From an uncultured Candidatus Saccharibacteria bacterium (GTDB taxonomy: Bacteria > Patescibacteriota > Saccharimonadia > Saccharimonadales > CAZJQT01): a stretch of DNA of 64,000 nt. The stretch's first letter is position 1. The number at the start of each line of letters is the position of its first letter. The notes beneath the pieces were generated by a model. That model was not told the origin of the DNA, ran no database searches, and worked only from the letters and a program-made list of their open reading frames with translations. The translations under genes and the position numbers were made by a program. This document shows, piece after piece, positions 36,365 through 45,500 of the stretch. The DNA lies in assembly GCA_964548655.1 (NCBI GenBank), contig CAZJQT010000001.1, forward strand, positions 30,884-94,883, in the 5' to 3' direction.

Positions 36365-36778
36365 GTGCGTCACCTGGATATCGCATTGGCTTTAATTGAA
36401 CAAGAAGGTGTATATTTTCTGCAATTAAGGGGTGCGAATCCAGAAATCGGTGGCGCAGGACTCATTGGATGTTTTGGCGGCAAAATTGAAGAAGAAACCC
36501 CGGGTGTCGCTATTTGTAGAGAGCTTAGCGAAGAAACCAATCTGGAAAACTTAAGCGAAGAAGATATAGAGTTGATTGGTCGCGTGAGAGTACATAGTGA
36601 CCATAAGCTTGAAAAAGTGTCTGTCCACGCCCATGTTTTTCGTATAGTAGTGGCTGGCGATACAGACATCTTCGCAAAAGAGGGTGGACTCGTCCGACTC
36701 ACTCCTGATGAGGCCAAGGAAAAATTGGATAATATGACCACTGGTACCCGGGCAGTTTTTGAAGAAATAATATTTTAA
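36365..36778 (+). CDS. NUDIX hydrolase
   Basis: The Nudix box is GGKIEEETPGVAICRELSEETNL. Confidence 0.8.
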   Translation: MRHLDIALALIEQEGVYFLQLRGANPEIGGAGLIGCFGGKIEEETPGVAICRELSEETNLENLSEEDIELIGRVRVHSDHKLEKVSVHAHVFRIVVAGDTDIFAKEGGLVRLTPDEAKEKLDNMTTGTRAVFEEIIF

Positions 36779-36788
36779 GGAGAGTTTG

Positions 36789-37355
36789 ATGGCTTTAGGC
36801 GTAACCGATCTTAAGAAAGGGCAGATATTCCAACTGGACGGTGTACCGTACCGGGTGGTTGAGTATGCCCAAAAAGTCATGGGCCGGGGTGGCTCAATAG
36901 TAAACGTTAAGATCAAGAGCCTGACTGACGGCAAAGTCTTGGACAAAACTTTCAAGGGTAACGACAACATTGAGCATGCCGATATAACCAATAAGAATGT
37001 TCAATATCTCTATAGTGACGCTCAAAACTTCTTTTTCATGGACGAAAACACCTATGAGCAATTTGAAATGCCGACTAATGATATGGCTGACAAAGCTGGC
37101 TATATGAAGGAGGGTGATAAAGTCCAGGCCCAGATGTTCGATGGTCGTGTAATTAATATTGAGCTACCCAAAAACGTACCACTCAAAGTTACACATGCCG
37201 AAAACGCTGTAAAGGGCGACACCAGCTCTGCCATCACCAAAGACGCTGAGCTGGAAACCGGTGTACACGTAAAAGTCCCGGCATTTATTAAAACTGGTGA
37301 TATGATTTCAGTCGACACGGTTACAGGAGCTTACCGTGAGCGGGTCAAAGACTAA
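36789..37355 (+). CDS. efp: Elongation factor P (Arg at the loop tip)
   Basis: The sequence is collinear with EF-P domains I-III. The tip loop is VMGRGGS. The ATG at 36789 is preceded by TAAGGAGAG. Confidence 0.9.
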   Translation: MALGVTDLKKGQIFQLDGVPYRVVEYAQKVMGRGGSIVNVKIKSLTDGKVLDKTFKGNDNIEHADITNKNVQYLYSDAQNFFFMDENTYEQFEMPTNDMADKAGYMKEGDKVQAQMFDGRVINIELPKNVPLKVTHAENAVKGDTSSAITKDAELETGVHVKVPAFIKTGDMISVDTVTGAYRERVKD

Positions 37356-38067
37356 AACACGGCTAGATCAAGAATTAGTTAAGCGTGGGTTGGTCTCAAC
37401 ACGCAGCCAAGCAGAGAATTATATTAAACTCGGGCTAATTAAATTAAATGGAAAAATAATAAATAAATCAGGTTATTTAATTTACCAAAATGATGAGATT
37501 GTGGTATTAACAGATGAGAAATATGTTTCCAGAGCGGCACTTAAATTAAAATCAATTACTAATAAATTAAATATTAAATTTGAAAATAAAATAATACTTG
37601 ATGTTGGCTCTAGCACAGGTGGCTTCACAGATTTTGCCTTGCAGCACGGTGCCAAGAAGGTAATTGCCGTTGATGTCGGCACAGATCAGCTGCATCCAAG
37701 CCTATTAACAGATAAGAGAATCGAACTGCACGAAAAAACTGATATCAGAGATATTAATAAATTATCTAGTTCACCCGATATAGTTTTGATTGACGTGTCA
37801 TTCATTTCATTAAAAGAAATATTGCCAAAAATAGCTGAATTAGTTAATAAAAATACTGAGATTATTGCAATGGTTAAACCGCAGTTCGAATCGGGTGATC
37901 AAATGAAGCACAAAGGCGTTATAAAGAATGATAAAATCCGCCGGAATATACTAAAAGATTTTGAAAGTTGGACACAAAATTTGTTCAAAATAATAAACAA
38001 GGCAGATTCGGAAATAACAGGGGCCAAGGGCAACTTAGAACGCTTCTATCTGCTCAAACGGCTATAA
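37336..38067 (+). CDS. tlyA: TlyA-family rRNA 2'-O-methyltransferase (S4 domain plus FtsJ-like MTase)
   Basis: The S4-like N-terminus is RLDQELVKRGLVSTRSQAENYIKLG. The SAM motif is LDVGSSTGGFTDFALQHGAKKV. Confidence 0.85.
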   Translation: MSGSKTKTRLDQELVKRGLVSTRSQAENYIKLGLIKLNGKIINKSGYLIYQNDEIVVLTDEKYVSRAALKLKSITNKLNIKFENKIILDVGSSTGGFTDFALQHGAKKVIAVDVGTDQLHPSLLTDKRIELHEKTDIRDINKLSSSPDIVLIDVSFISLKEILPKIAELVNKNTEIIAMVKPQFESGDQMKHKGVIKNDKIRRNILKDFESWTQNLFKIINKADSEITGAKGNLERFYLLKRL

Positions 38068-38712
38068 ATAAGCTTTGAGTTTGTCGATGTTTTTTATCTT
38101 TAGATACTGGGTGTTGGTTTCTATGAAACCTTTCTTTTCTAGCAGTGAAAGTTCGCGGCTGGTAGTCTCACGGGAGGCATTGATAGAACTGGCTATATCT
38201 TGCTGTCTAAGTGCTACATTTATTTGAACTTGCCCATTCTTTTCTTGATCACCAAAACGTTGAGAGGTGTTTAGTATAAATGAAATTAGACGTTCACGAA
38301 CAGTGCGGTACTCTAAATTAATAATCCGCTCAGAGTGCAGCCTATACATCTCCATTGTCATATCTAGGAGTGGCAAGTGGGAATACTCGGAACTTTTTAG
38401 GTAAGCAAGAAAAGCTGTCCTGGTAATGCGCCAAACATCGGTGGTTGACATGGCTTGATAGATAACTTTACGCTCTTGACCGGTAACAGCCCAGATCAGA
38501 GGGAATATTTCATGATCTTTACGGATGATGAGCAAGTTTTCCTCACCATACTTTGTGATATCAAAAGCTTTGACTAGCCCCGAATTGATATAAAAAACGC
38601 CCGTAGGGGTTTCCCCGGGGCGAATAATGAACTCACCTTTGTCGTATTTCAGCCTGGTACCAGATTTAAAAACCTGTACCAATGCGGCCGTCTGTTCTGC
38701 GGAGGCCAACAT
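38062..38712 (-). CDS. Crp/Fnr-family transcriptional regulator
   Basis: An N-terminal cNMP-binding-like beta-roll (GEFIIRPGETPTGVFYINSGLVKAF) is followed by a C-terminal HTH (RQQDIASSINASRETTSRELSLLEKKG). Confidence 0.8.
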   Translation of the reverse strand: MLASAEQTAALVQVFKSGTRLKYDKGEFIIRPGETPTGVFYINSGLVKAFDITKYGEENLLIIRKDHEIFPLIWAVTGQERKVIYQAMSTTDVWRITRTAFLAYLKSSEYSHLPLLDMTMEMYRLHSERIINLEYRTVRERLISFILNTSQRFGDQEKNGQVQINVALRQQDIASSINASRETTSRELSLLEKKGFIETNTQYLKIKNIDKLKAYL

Positions 38713-38744
38713 ATATGTATTATGTCACAACTCTTTCAAAACCG

Positions 38745-38760
38745 TGTGATAAATGTCTCA
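38745..38760. promoter_or_regulatory. CRP-type palindrome TGTGA-N6-TCTCA in the crp/PH-gene divergent region
   Basis: The site is TGTGATAAATGTCTCA, matching 9 of the 10 conserved half-site bases of the TGTGA-N6-TCACA consensus. It lies 33 nt upstream of the Crp/Fnr-family gene start. Confidence 0.4.
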
Positions 38761-38836
38761 GCTAGTTTGTGATGTAACTAACCGACAGTTACCCAAAACA
38801 AGCCTAAGATGTAGTTATTAACAAGGGAGGTGCGCG

Positions 38837-39379
38837 ATGATCCATGAACGTGTGGTCAAGGAGCAGCTAAAACGTATTGGCTCCGACTTTAAATTCTGGG
38901 GGGTCAGCGAGCTACGTGAACTTCCCAAAGTCCTGTTTGAAGGCGAACAATTAAACCATGTTATAAACGGCCGCTACACCGGTGGTTTTGCCACGCTATG
39001 CGCAACCGACCAGCGCGTCTTATTAATAGACAAAAAACCTTTTTACCTAACGCTCGAGGACATTCGCTACGATATGATATCTGACGTTATGTACAATCAC
39101 CGTTTGCTAAACGCCACAGTGCTGTTGGGCACGGTTCACAAATCAATAGCCTTTATTGGCTATAATCACGGTAAGCTCAGGAACATGACTAACTTTATTC
39201 AACAAAAGGTTCTTGAGTTTCGCCAACAGCAAAATCAGCAGCAATTGCAACCTCTTGTAGCTTCCAACAACTTAGCTATGCCTGTCCAAAATCTGGTTAA
39301 TTTGCCAGAGCATAACTATCCGATCAATCCCTACAAGATGCCGGTTATGATCCGACGCCGCGTCTCCCGCTTCAACTAA
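38837..39379 (+). CDS. Bacterial PH-domain (YokE-like) protein with a Gln-rich C-terminus
   Basis: The pattern LFEGEQLNHVINGRY.GGFATLCATDQRVLLID...LEDIRYDMISDV is typical of bacterial PH/GRAM-like domains. There is an AAGGGAGG SD. Confidence 0.5.
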   Translation: MIHERVVKEQLKRIGSDFKFWGVSELRELPKVLFEGEQLNHVINGRYTGGFATLCATDQRVLLIDKKPFYLTLEDIRYDMISDVMYNHRLLNATVLLGTVHKSIAFIGYNHGKLRNMTNFIQQKVLEFRQQQNQQQLQPLVASNNLAMPVQNLVNLPEHNYPINPYKMPVMIRRRVSRFN

Positions 39380-39549
39380 TCACACTCCGCACCAGCCAGC
39401 CTGTCTTCTGGCGGAGCCATAAGCACCGCTGGCCTCTTTGGCTCAATCACGATTTTCTTCTGCGATGCTCCTTCACTGTATTTAGAAATACAGTTCAGTC
39501 CGCTTCTCAAAGAGAAATCGCACCTGAGCCTAAAGTGCGGAGCGTGATT
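39378..39549 (+). repeat. Long rod-like imperfect palindrome, family copy B (172 nt)
   Basis: The arms AATCACACTCCGCAC / GTGCGGAGCGTGATT pair at 14 of 15 positions. The core TGCTCCTTCACTGTATTTAGAAATACAGTTCAGTCCGCTTC is homologous to copy A. Confidence 0.75.
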
Positions 39550-39580
39550 CCAGCTAAATTGCTCATGCTAAACTGGGAGA

Positions 39581-40234
39581 ATGTACTTCAGTAGTAGGGC
39601 AGAAGCTGGGCGCTTGTTAGCCGATAAGCTTAAAAAATACGCCAATCAACCAACGGTTGTCATTGCGCTAAATCAGGGCTCAGTGCTGATCGGTGCCCAA
39701 ATAGCCATGTCTTTGCACGCCAATCTGCTAGTGCTTTTAAGCGACAATATAATGCTGCCCGGCGAGCCCAAACCGTTCGCAACCATGACTGAAAACACCT
39801 ACACTTACAATAACTTTTATAATGAGAGTGAACGTGAAGAGATCGAATCTGAATACCACGGTGTAATTGAGGACGAAAAGCGCAAAAAACTGTACTCTTT
39901 GCACCGCCTAACCGACAAAGGGGGTGAGATTGACCGTAAATATTTGCGTCAGCACGTGATCATACTGGTTTCGGACGGTCTGCAGGACGGCCAATCACTT
40001 GAAGTCGCGGCCGATTTTCTAAAACCAATTAAGGTCAAGCGATTGGTAATAGCTACGCCGCTGGCTACTGTAAACGCAGTCGATAAAATGCACCTAATTG
40101 GCGATGAGATACATTGCCTCGGCGTGGTAGAAAACATGATGGAAACCGACCATTATTACGATGACAATAATTTGCCCAAAAATGCGGATATTCAGAAGAT
40201 TATTAAAAATATATCGCTGAACTGGACGCTATAG
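39581..40234 (+). CDS. Phosphoribosyltransferase-family protein
   Basis: The PRPP-binding-type acidic loop is HVIILVSDGLQDGQS. The N-terminal FSSRAEAGRLLA resembles the family of predicted PRTases. Confidence 0.65.
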   Translation: MYFSSRAEAGRLLADKLKKYANQPTVVIALNQGSVLIGAQIAMSLHANLLVLLSDNIMLPGEPKPFATMTENTYTYNNFYNESEREEIESEYHGVIEDEKRKKLYSLHRLTDKGGEIDRKYLRQHVIILVSDGLQDGQSLEVAADFLKPIKVKRLVIATPLATVNAVDKMHLIGDEIHCLGVVENMMETDHYYDDNNLPKNADIQKIIKNISLNWTL

Positions 40235-40297
40235 AACTATTTCGACGCGGCTTTTCAAGCCGCTTACCGAGTTCTTTTGTGACCAAAAGAACCAAAA

Positions 40298-40466
40298 GTC
40301 CCGGGGCTGACGTTCCTGAACAGACCTATCTGTAGTAATTAAGGTCTTTGCGTTCAGAACTCCTCGTAAACTTGCCAACGGCAACTTTACTCATCAAACA
40401 GCTGAACGAACTCAAAGCCAGACCTAATTACTACATCTAGTCTGTCAGTCACTTAATGCCCCGGAC
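40298..40466 (+). repeat. Long rod-like imperfect palindrome, family copy C (169 nt, diverged)
   Basis: The outer pair is GTCCCGGGGCTGAC / GTCAG..GCCCCGGAC. The ~25-nt arms CAGACCTATCTGTAGTAATTAAGGTCT / AGACCTAATTACTACATCTAGTCTG pair. The inner pair is CGTTCAG/CTGAACG. The apical region is CTCCTCG...TCATCA. Confidence 0.65.
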
Positions 40467-40685
40467 CCCAAAAAATACAAGTCAGATGCCCAGATCTATT
40501 TAGTTGCGATTCATGATCTTATCCCCCATCTGTAAGTTCCTGATGAGTAAATGTCAAAAGCACAATTTGAAGCGAGGAGTTGTTTGAGGTTTGCCATCCC
40601 AAATAATAAGGCAAGCCGAGTTCTCCGAGCATTGTGTCTTTTGACAATGAAGTCATAAAGAGCTGGAAGCGGGGTCGCTTCTTTG

Positions 40686-40715
40686 CATACTTTCTGGTCG
40701 ACACCAGAAAGTATG
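40686..40715 (-). terminator. 13-bp perfect hairpin downstream of ychF (no U-tract)
   Basis: The hairpin is CATACTTTCTGGT-CGAC-ACCAGAAAGTATG, starting 38 nt past the ychF stop. Confidence 0.4.
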
Positions 40716-40752
40716 TCGAACAGGCGAGCGAAGCGCGCCGTCGGAATTAGTT

Positions 40753-41829
40753 TTAGACGTTAAATCTGAACTCAACTACGTCGTCTGGTTGCATAACGTA
40801 GGTTTTGCCTTCGGTGCGGACTTTGCCAGCAGCCTTGACTGCGGTTTCTGAACCGGCCGTAATCAGATCATTATAGTTAATAACCTGGGCGGCGATAAAG
40901 CCTTTTTCAAAATCACCATGTATAACACCAGCAGCCTGCGGCGCTGTTGAACCTTTGGGAATCGTCCAGGCTCTAACTTCTTTCTCGCCAGCTGTTAAAT
41001 AGCTTTGTAGCCCCAAAATGTTATAAGCAGCATGGATTAATTGCAATAAGCCCGATTCCGCCTGACCGTAACTTTGCAGTAGTTCCTGGTGATCAGTTTC
41101 ATCCAAACCATTTAGTTCACTTTCTAACTTGGCGCAGACAAACAATGCCTGAGCCGGAGCCACCAGTGCGCTCAACTCGTCTTGCTTGGCCTTGTTGCTT
41201 AAGTCATTTTCATCAACATTAAACAGATAAATCACGGGCTTGGCCGATAAAAGTTGCAGGCTTTCAATATGCTCATGGTCGATGTCTTTGGCTGACGAGA
41301 TTGGCGTGCCGGCGTTTAGAAGTTCGTAGACTCTATGGATCGTATCGGCGATAGGTTTGAGTTTAGGATCGGCCTTGGCTTCTTTATCGATTTTAGACAG
41401 GCGGTTATTTACCGTCTGCAAATCAGCCAAAACAAGTTCGGTATTGATGACTTCAATGTCTTTTTTTGGGTCGTGCTTATTATCGACGTGCTGCACGTTA
41501 GGGTCGCTAAAGGCCCTAACCACCTGAACAATAGCATTTGTGCTACGGATATGACTCAAAAATTGATTACCCAAACCTTCACCTTGGCTGGCACCAGCTA
41601 CTAAACCAGCGATATCTACAAAAGTGACCGTGGCTGGCACAATCTTTTGGGTTTTATAAATTTCTGCCAATTTCAACAATCTTTCGTCTGGCACGGGCAC
41701 AATTCCAGTATTTGGCTCAATCGTGGCAAAAGGGTAGTTAGCCGCCAAAATATTGTTGTTAGTTAGGGCATTAAAAAGTGTTGATTTGCCTACGTTTGGC
41801 AAACCGACAATCCCAATTGATAATGACAT
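40753..41829 (-). CDS. ychF: Ribosome-binding ATPase YchF
   Basis: G1 is GIVGLPNVGKSTLFNALT. FVDIAGLV is present. The C-terminal TGS-like region is AWTIPKGSTAPQAAGVIHGDFEKGFI. Confidence 0.95.
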   Translation of the reverse strand: MSLSIGIVGLPNVGKSTLFNALTNNNILAANYPFATIEPNTGIVPVPDERLLKLAEIYKTQKIVPATVTFVDIAGLVAGASQGEGLGNQFLSHIRSTNAIVQVVRAFSDPNVQHVDNKHDPKKDIEVINTELVLADLQTVNNRLSKIDKEAKADPKLKPIADTIHRVYELLNAGTPISSAKDIDHEHIESLQLLSAKPVIYLFNVDENDLSNKAKQDELSALVAPAQALFVCAKLESELNGLDETDHQELLQSYGQAESGLLQLIHAAYNILGLQSYLTAGEKEVRAWTIPKGSTAPQAAGVIHGDFEKGFIAAQVINYNDLITAGSETAVKAAGKVRTEGKTYVMQPDDVVEFRFNV

Positions 41830-41885
41830 AGAGGTAATTTTAACAAAAAAACATCAATAACCCTTAGACAAAGCTGGCACAAGCC

Positions 41886-41894
41886 TGGTACAAT
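41886..41894 (+). promoter_or_regulatory. Extended -10 element (TGGTACAAT) upstream of the TPR/lectin/pilus cluster
   Basis: TGn plus TACAAT lies at 41886-41894, 28 nt before the ATG at 41923. Confidence 0.4.
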
Positions 41895-41922
41895 CAGCAT
41901 AAGCGTTAAGCGTTTATTTTCT

Positions 41923-42561
41923 ATGAGTGATAAAGAAAAAACAATTGTCGGAGAGGTGAAAAACAGGTTCAGTTTATCTAGGTCGTTGCCTGGCTTTATA
42001 AACAAACCCGTGGCTGTTTTTAGAAATAAGTATAAAAACCTGCCCAAGAAAATAAGGATTATCTTCTTACTAGTACTCGTATTGCCGGTTTTGTCTGCCG
42101 GTGCTTACGGTGTGTTTAAGGTTGTTGATAAGATTAGAGTTAAACTAGATCACAATTACGCCATATCTAAGGCAGCCAAAGAGCTCACAGTGGCAAACCG
42201 GTATGCAAAGGATAAAAACAAAGCTCAAGCTTTAGCGCATGCCAGGGCAGCGCTCGCTCTTGCACCAAATGACCCCGATACTGTACTAGAGGTAGCGGCT
42301 CTGACCCAGCAAGATAACCCAGCTGAAGCAAAGCAAGTCTATGCTGAGGCGCTAGCACTTTTAAAAACACAAGATAATCCTGATGTTAGTGGGAAAAAAG
42401 CTATAACCTACTGGGCGGCGGCCCAGCTAGCGGAACGAGCCGGCCTGATTGACCAGGCTAGGCAGTATTATCAGAAAGTTATAGATACTGCAAACCAATC
42501 TAACAGTTATGAGAAAAGCCTTCTACAGCAATCGCAAGCAGCGCTTAAGAGGTTGCAATGA
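41923..42561 (+). CDS. Membrane-anchored TPR-like protein, first gene of the pilus-associated cluster
   Basis: One TM (IIFLLVLVLPVLSAGAYGVF) is followed by Ala-rich TPR-like helices. ATGA overlap with the next gene. Confidence 0.55.
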   Translation: MSDKEKTIVGEVKNRFSLSRSLPGFINKPVAVFRNKYKNLPKKIRIIFLLVLVLPVLSAGAYGVFKVVDKIRVKLDHNYAISKAAKELTVANRYAKDKNKAQALAHARAALALAPNDPDTVLEVAALTQQDNPAEAKQVYAEALALLKTQDNPDVSGKKAITYWAAAQLAERAGLIDQARQYYQKVIDTANQSNSYEKSLLQQSQAALKRLQ

Positions 42562-45500
42562 GATTAATAAACATTAAATTACCATCTACATTTTTAGGCA
42601 ACCGTTCTAGGCGAATGACAAAGTATCTGACAATGTTTGGAGTAGTTCTGGGGATAGCCGGAGTTTTAGCAATGTTGGCTATGCCAAAAACTGCCTATGC
42701 GTCCGGAGGTGTAGGTAGCGGTGGTAGTGGTGGTGGTAGTGGCGTCGGTCACTACACTTATTACGGCTGGGGTTGGGCCATTTATGACACCAATGGTCCT
42801 GGCCCAACTGATGGCTTTAGGAATGGTTCATCATGGGCGAGCGCCCAATCAACCTGTCAGAGTGCCAACGCTACCCAAGTCTATGCTTTCGTTATTTCAA
42901 ATGTTAGTGGGACCGACGAGGTCTATGACTACCTCAATGAGGACGGCCCTCCTCAATTTGCAGCCCACTATGCTGCTGGCACAATCGTAGATAACGGTAA
43001 TGCCACAGCTATTGATTCCAGCCAAGCCCAAGGTGCTTTTGATAGTCTGCCCAGTTATGGTGTTGACACGTCGGGCTTTACATTTGGAGGCGCTTCAGGC
43101 AATGTCGGTTGGTTTTGTTATAATTTTGCGCAACCAAAAACTACTGTAGGCGGGCATGTATATAACACCACCACCGGCACCTATATGTCCGGCGTTCAGA
43201 TTGCTACTTGTATGAGTGGTTCTAACCCAGCAAATGTTTGGACTGACGCTAATGGATATTTTGGATTTACAGTTAACCAAGGCACCGGCTACTGTCTAAG
43301 AATTGTGGCCGGAACGGCCGCGGGGAGTTATACCAGCGCCTTTTGGATGACCCAGTTCCCCTACAATAAATATCATCCTGGTATAAGTAGTTATGAATAT
43401 CAGTTGGCCGGCACAAATTGCTTTGAAACTGGAGCCGAGGGCAATATCTATTGTGGGGATCGTAACGTCTATTGGGGTTATGATTTAAATTGGCCAAGTG
43501 GCACTTTTGACTCTTGGGGATCGCAGGGCATGGACTTTAACGTCACAAACCTAACTGTCCAAGCCCACGTCTTTAAGGTTGATGCTAGCGGTAATAATTT
43601 AGGTGATGTTAGTGGGGCAACACTAACCACTTGTGCGAGTCCGGCCACTATAACTACCGGTACGAACGGTTTTGCCTATATCAATGGTCTTGCACCAGGG
43701 GCAGGTTTTTGTCTTCGGGTTAGCAGCAGTGCACCGGTGGGCTACAGCGGACCGTTTGTCAGACCATGGGCCCAAGGTTATTACACAAACGATAACGGGT
43801 CATTAGGGGGTCCCAGCGGTCCTTCGTGCCCATCACTATCGCCCAACCCGCCAAATGGCTGGGGTGGTCCACCTTTTTCGGGGCATTGCAGTAATGCAAC
43901 TTACGAATGGCAAGTCGCAGGTTCAGCCCAAAACTATAGGAGCGAGCCAACGGGCACTTTCTTTGATAGAAATCTAGTTAGCCTGGGTCAAGATGGTGGT
44001 TATGACTTTGTTTATGTGCGTAACGCCCAAGTTGATCTCTGTCCAAACATAGCAGGATCTCAACCGACAGTACCAGATGGGTGGGTTATAGATAGTTCGG
44101 GTAATTGCTCTCAACCTGATTACCCATACATGCGTGTTTATGGTGGTGATGTACTGGCTGGCAGCGGTTTTGGCAGCTGCACACCAAATAATGCAGCTCA
44201 GATAATAGGCTGGAATGACGGTAATGGCGCGGGTGCTGGCGTGCAACTTGCCGCCCAGGCTATGGCTGCTATTAACCAATTTACAACTGCCACTCTGCGT
44301 GGTTCAACTCCCAAGCCGCCAGACGGACTTGCTTTTGCTAACACTGGGGCAGGCGTCGATCCAACCTACGGCGGCAATTTTGGTGATGCACCGTGTGCGA
44401 CCGATTACTTCAATACCGTTACGAACTATTCTGACCCTGGCTTAACCGCCGGCGGAGCTGTAGCAGTACCCGGTTCAAGCCCAAGCACAAACTACAGCGC
44501 AATAGCTAATAGCGAAAAACTAATATTGCGTCACGACGGCGATGTGCAAATAAATGGCAATATAATCTATACCAGCTCAGGTACATGGGCCAATCTTAGC
44601 CAGATACCGTCATTTGTATTGATTGTTCGTGGCAATATTTATATCCAAAAAACTGTGACCCAACTGGATGGTTTATACATAGCCCAACCAGACATAAGTG
44701 GTAACAAAGGTACAATCTATACTTGTGCCAACGGCACTAGTCTCTATACAGCCTCAACTCTGGATGCTAACTGTAATACCAAACTGACAATTAATGGCGC
44801 CTTTATAGCCAAAAAGGTCAAATTCCTGCGTACCAACGGGTCATTGAAAGCCCAAGCGGCCACACCTTATGGCTGGTCTGGTTGGCAAAAATTAAACTCA
44901 AGCGGCTGTGGAACAGGGACAGCACCTAACACATACGTTGGCGCCAACAAACAGGTTGGTGTGGCGTCATGGGGTCCTGGACGGCTTGATGTATTTTATC
45001 GCGGTACCGATAACCAACTAAAGCATTGTTACACTGATAATGCTGATCAAGGCATAGCCGCAACCTGGACATTTGAAAATTTGGGCGGTTCTCCCAACTC
45101 TGCACCAGACGCGGTTTCATGGGGATCTGGGAGAATAGATGTGGTAGTGACTTTTTCAACCGATGGTATGCTCCACCACATTGCTTACGGAGCCACCGGC
45201 TGGGGTAGTTGGGAGACATTCACTACGGGTTGTATCTCAAATGGGGCAGCCGTCACGTCATGGGCTTCGGGCAGAATTGATGTGATGGAGAACAGTTGTT
45301 CTTCGGCTGGGTTGCTGGAGGGTAACCAGACCGGTGCAACCTGGAGCGGGCTGGTGAATAACACTGGCGGAGCTACACCTAATGATACTGCTGCCGTTTC
45401 TTGGGGTCCAAACCGGCTTGATTTCTTTTTACGCGGTAATGACAATTTCTTGTGGCACAACTATTGGCCAAATGGCTCAGGAGCCTTCGCAGGCTGGTTT

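Noticed and set aside
40295-40325. AAAAGTCCCGGGGCTGACGTTCCTGAAC superficially resembles the RNase P RNA P4 strand (GAGGAAAGUCCGGGCU) and a tmRNA 5' end (GGGGCUGA...).
   Set aside because: There is no GGUAAGAGC or ACAGAA.CCGGCUUA RNase P core. There is no tRNA-like T-arm (GGUUCGA.UCC) or CCA-adjacent acceptor complement for tmRNA within 500 nt. The segment is fully explained as the outer stem of repeat copy C.
40519-40704. A 61-aa ORF on the - strand in the PRT-ychF gap.
   Set aside because: It starts inside the 13-bp terminator-like hairpin, has no SD and has odd composition. The region is better explained as structured non-coding DNA.
41875-41890. TGGCAC-N5-TGGTA looks like a sigma-54 -24/-12 promoter.
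   Set aside because: The -12 element lacks the conserved GC (TTGC). No sigma-54 or enhancer-binding protein is seen. The same bases form a good extended -10 (TGGTACAAT) for sigma-70.
42700-42760. A GGT/GGC-rich tract (giving a poly-Val ORF at 42721-42990 in another frame) could be a slippage-prone repeat.
   Set aside because: It encodes the SGGVGSGGSGGGSGVG linker of the large surface protein in the correct frame. The codons are mixed (GGT, GGC, AGC, AGT), so it is not a perfect simple-sequence repeat.
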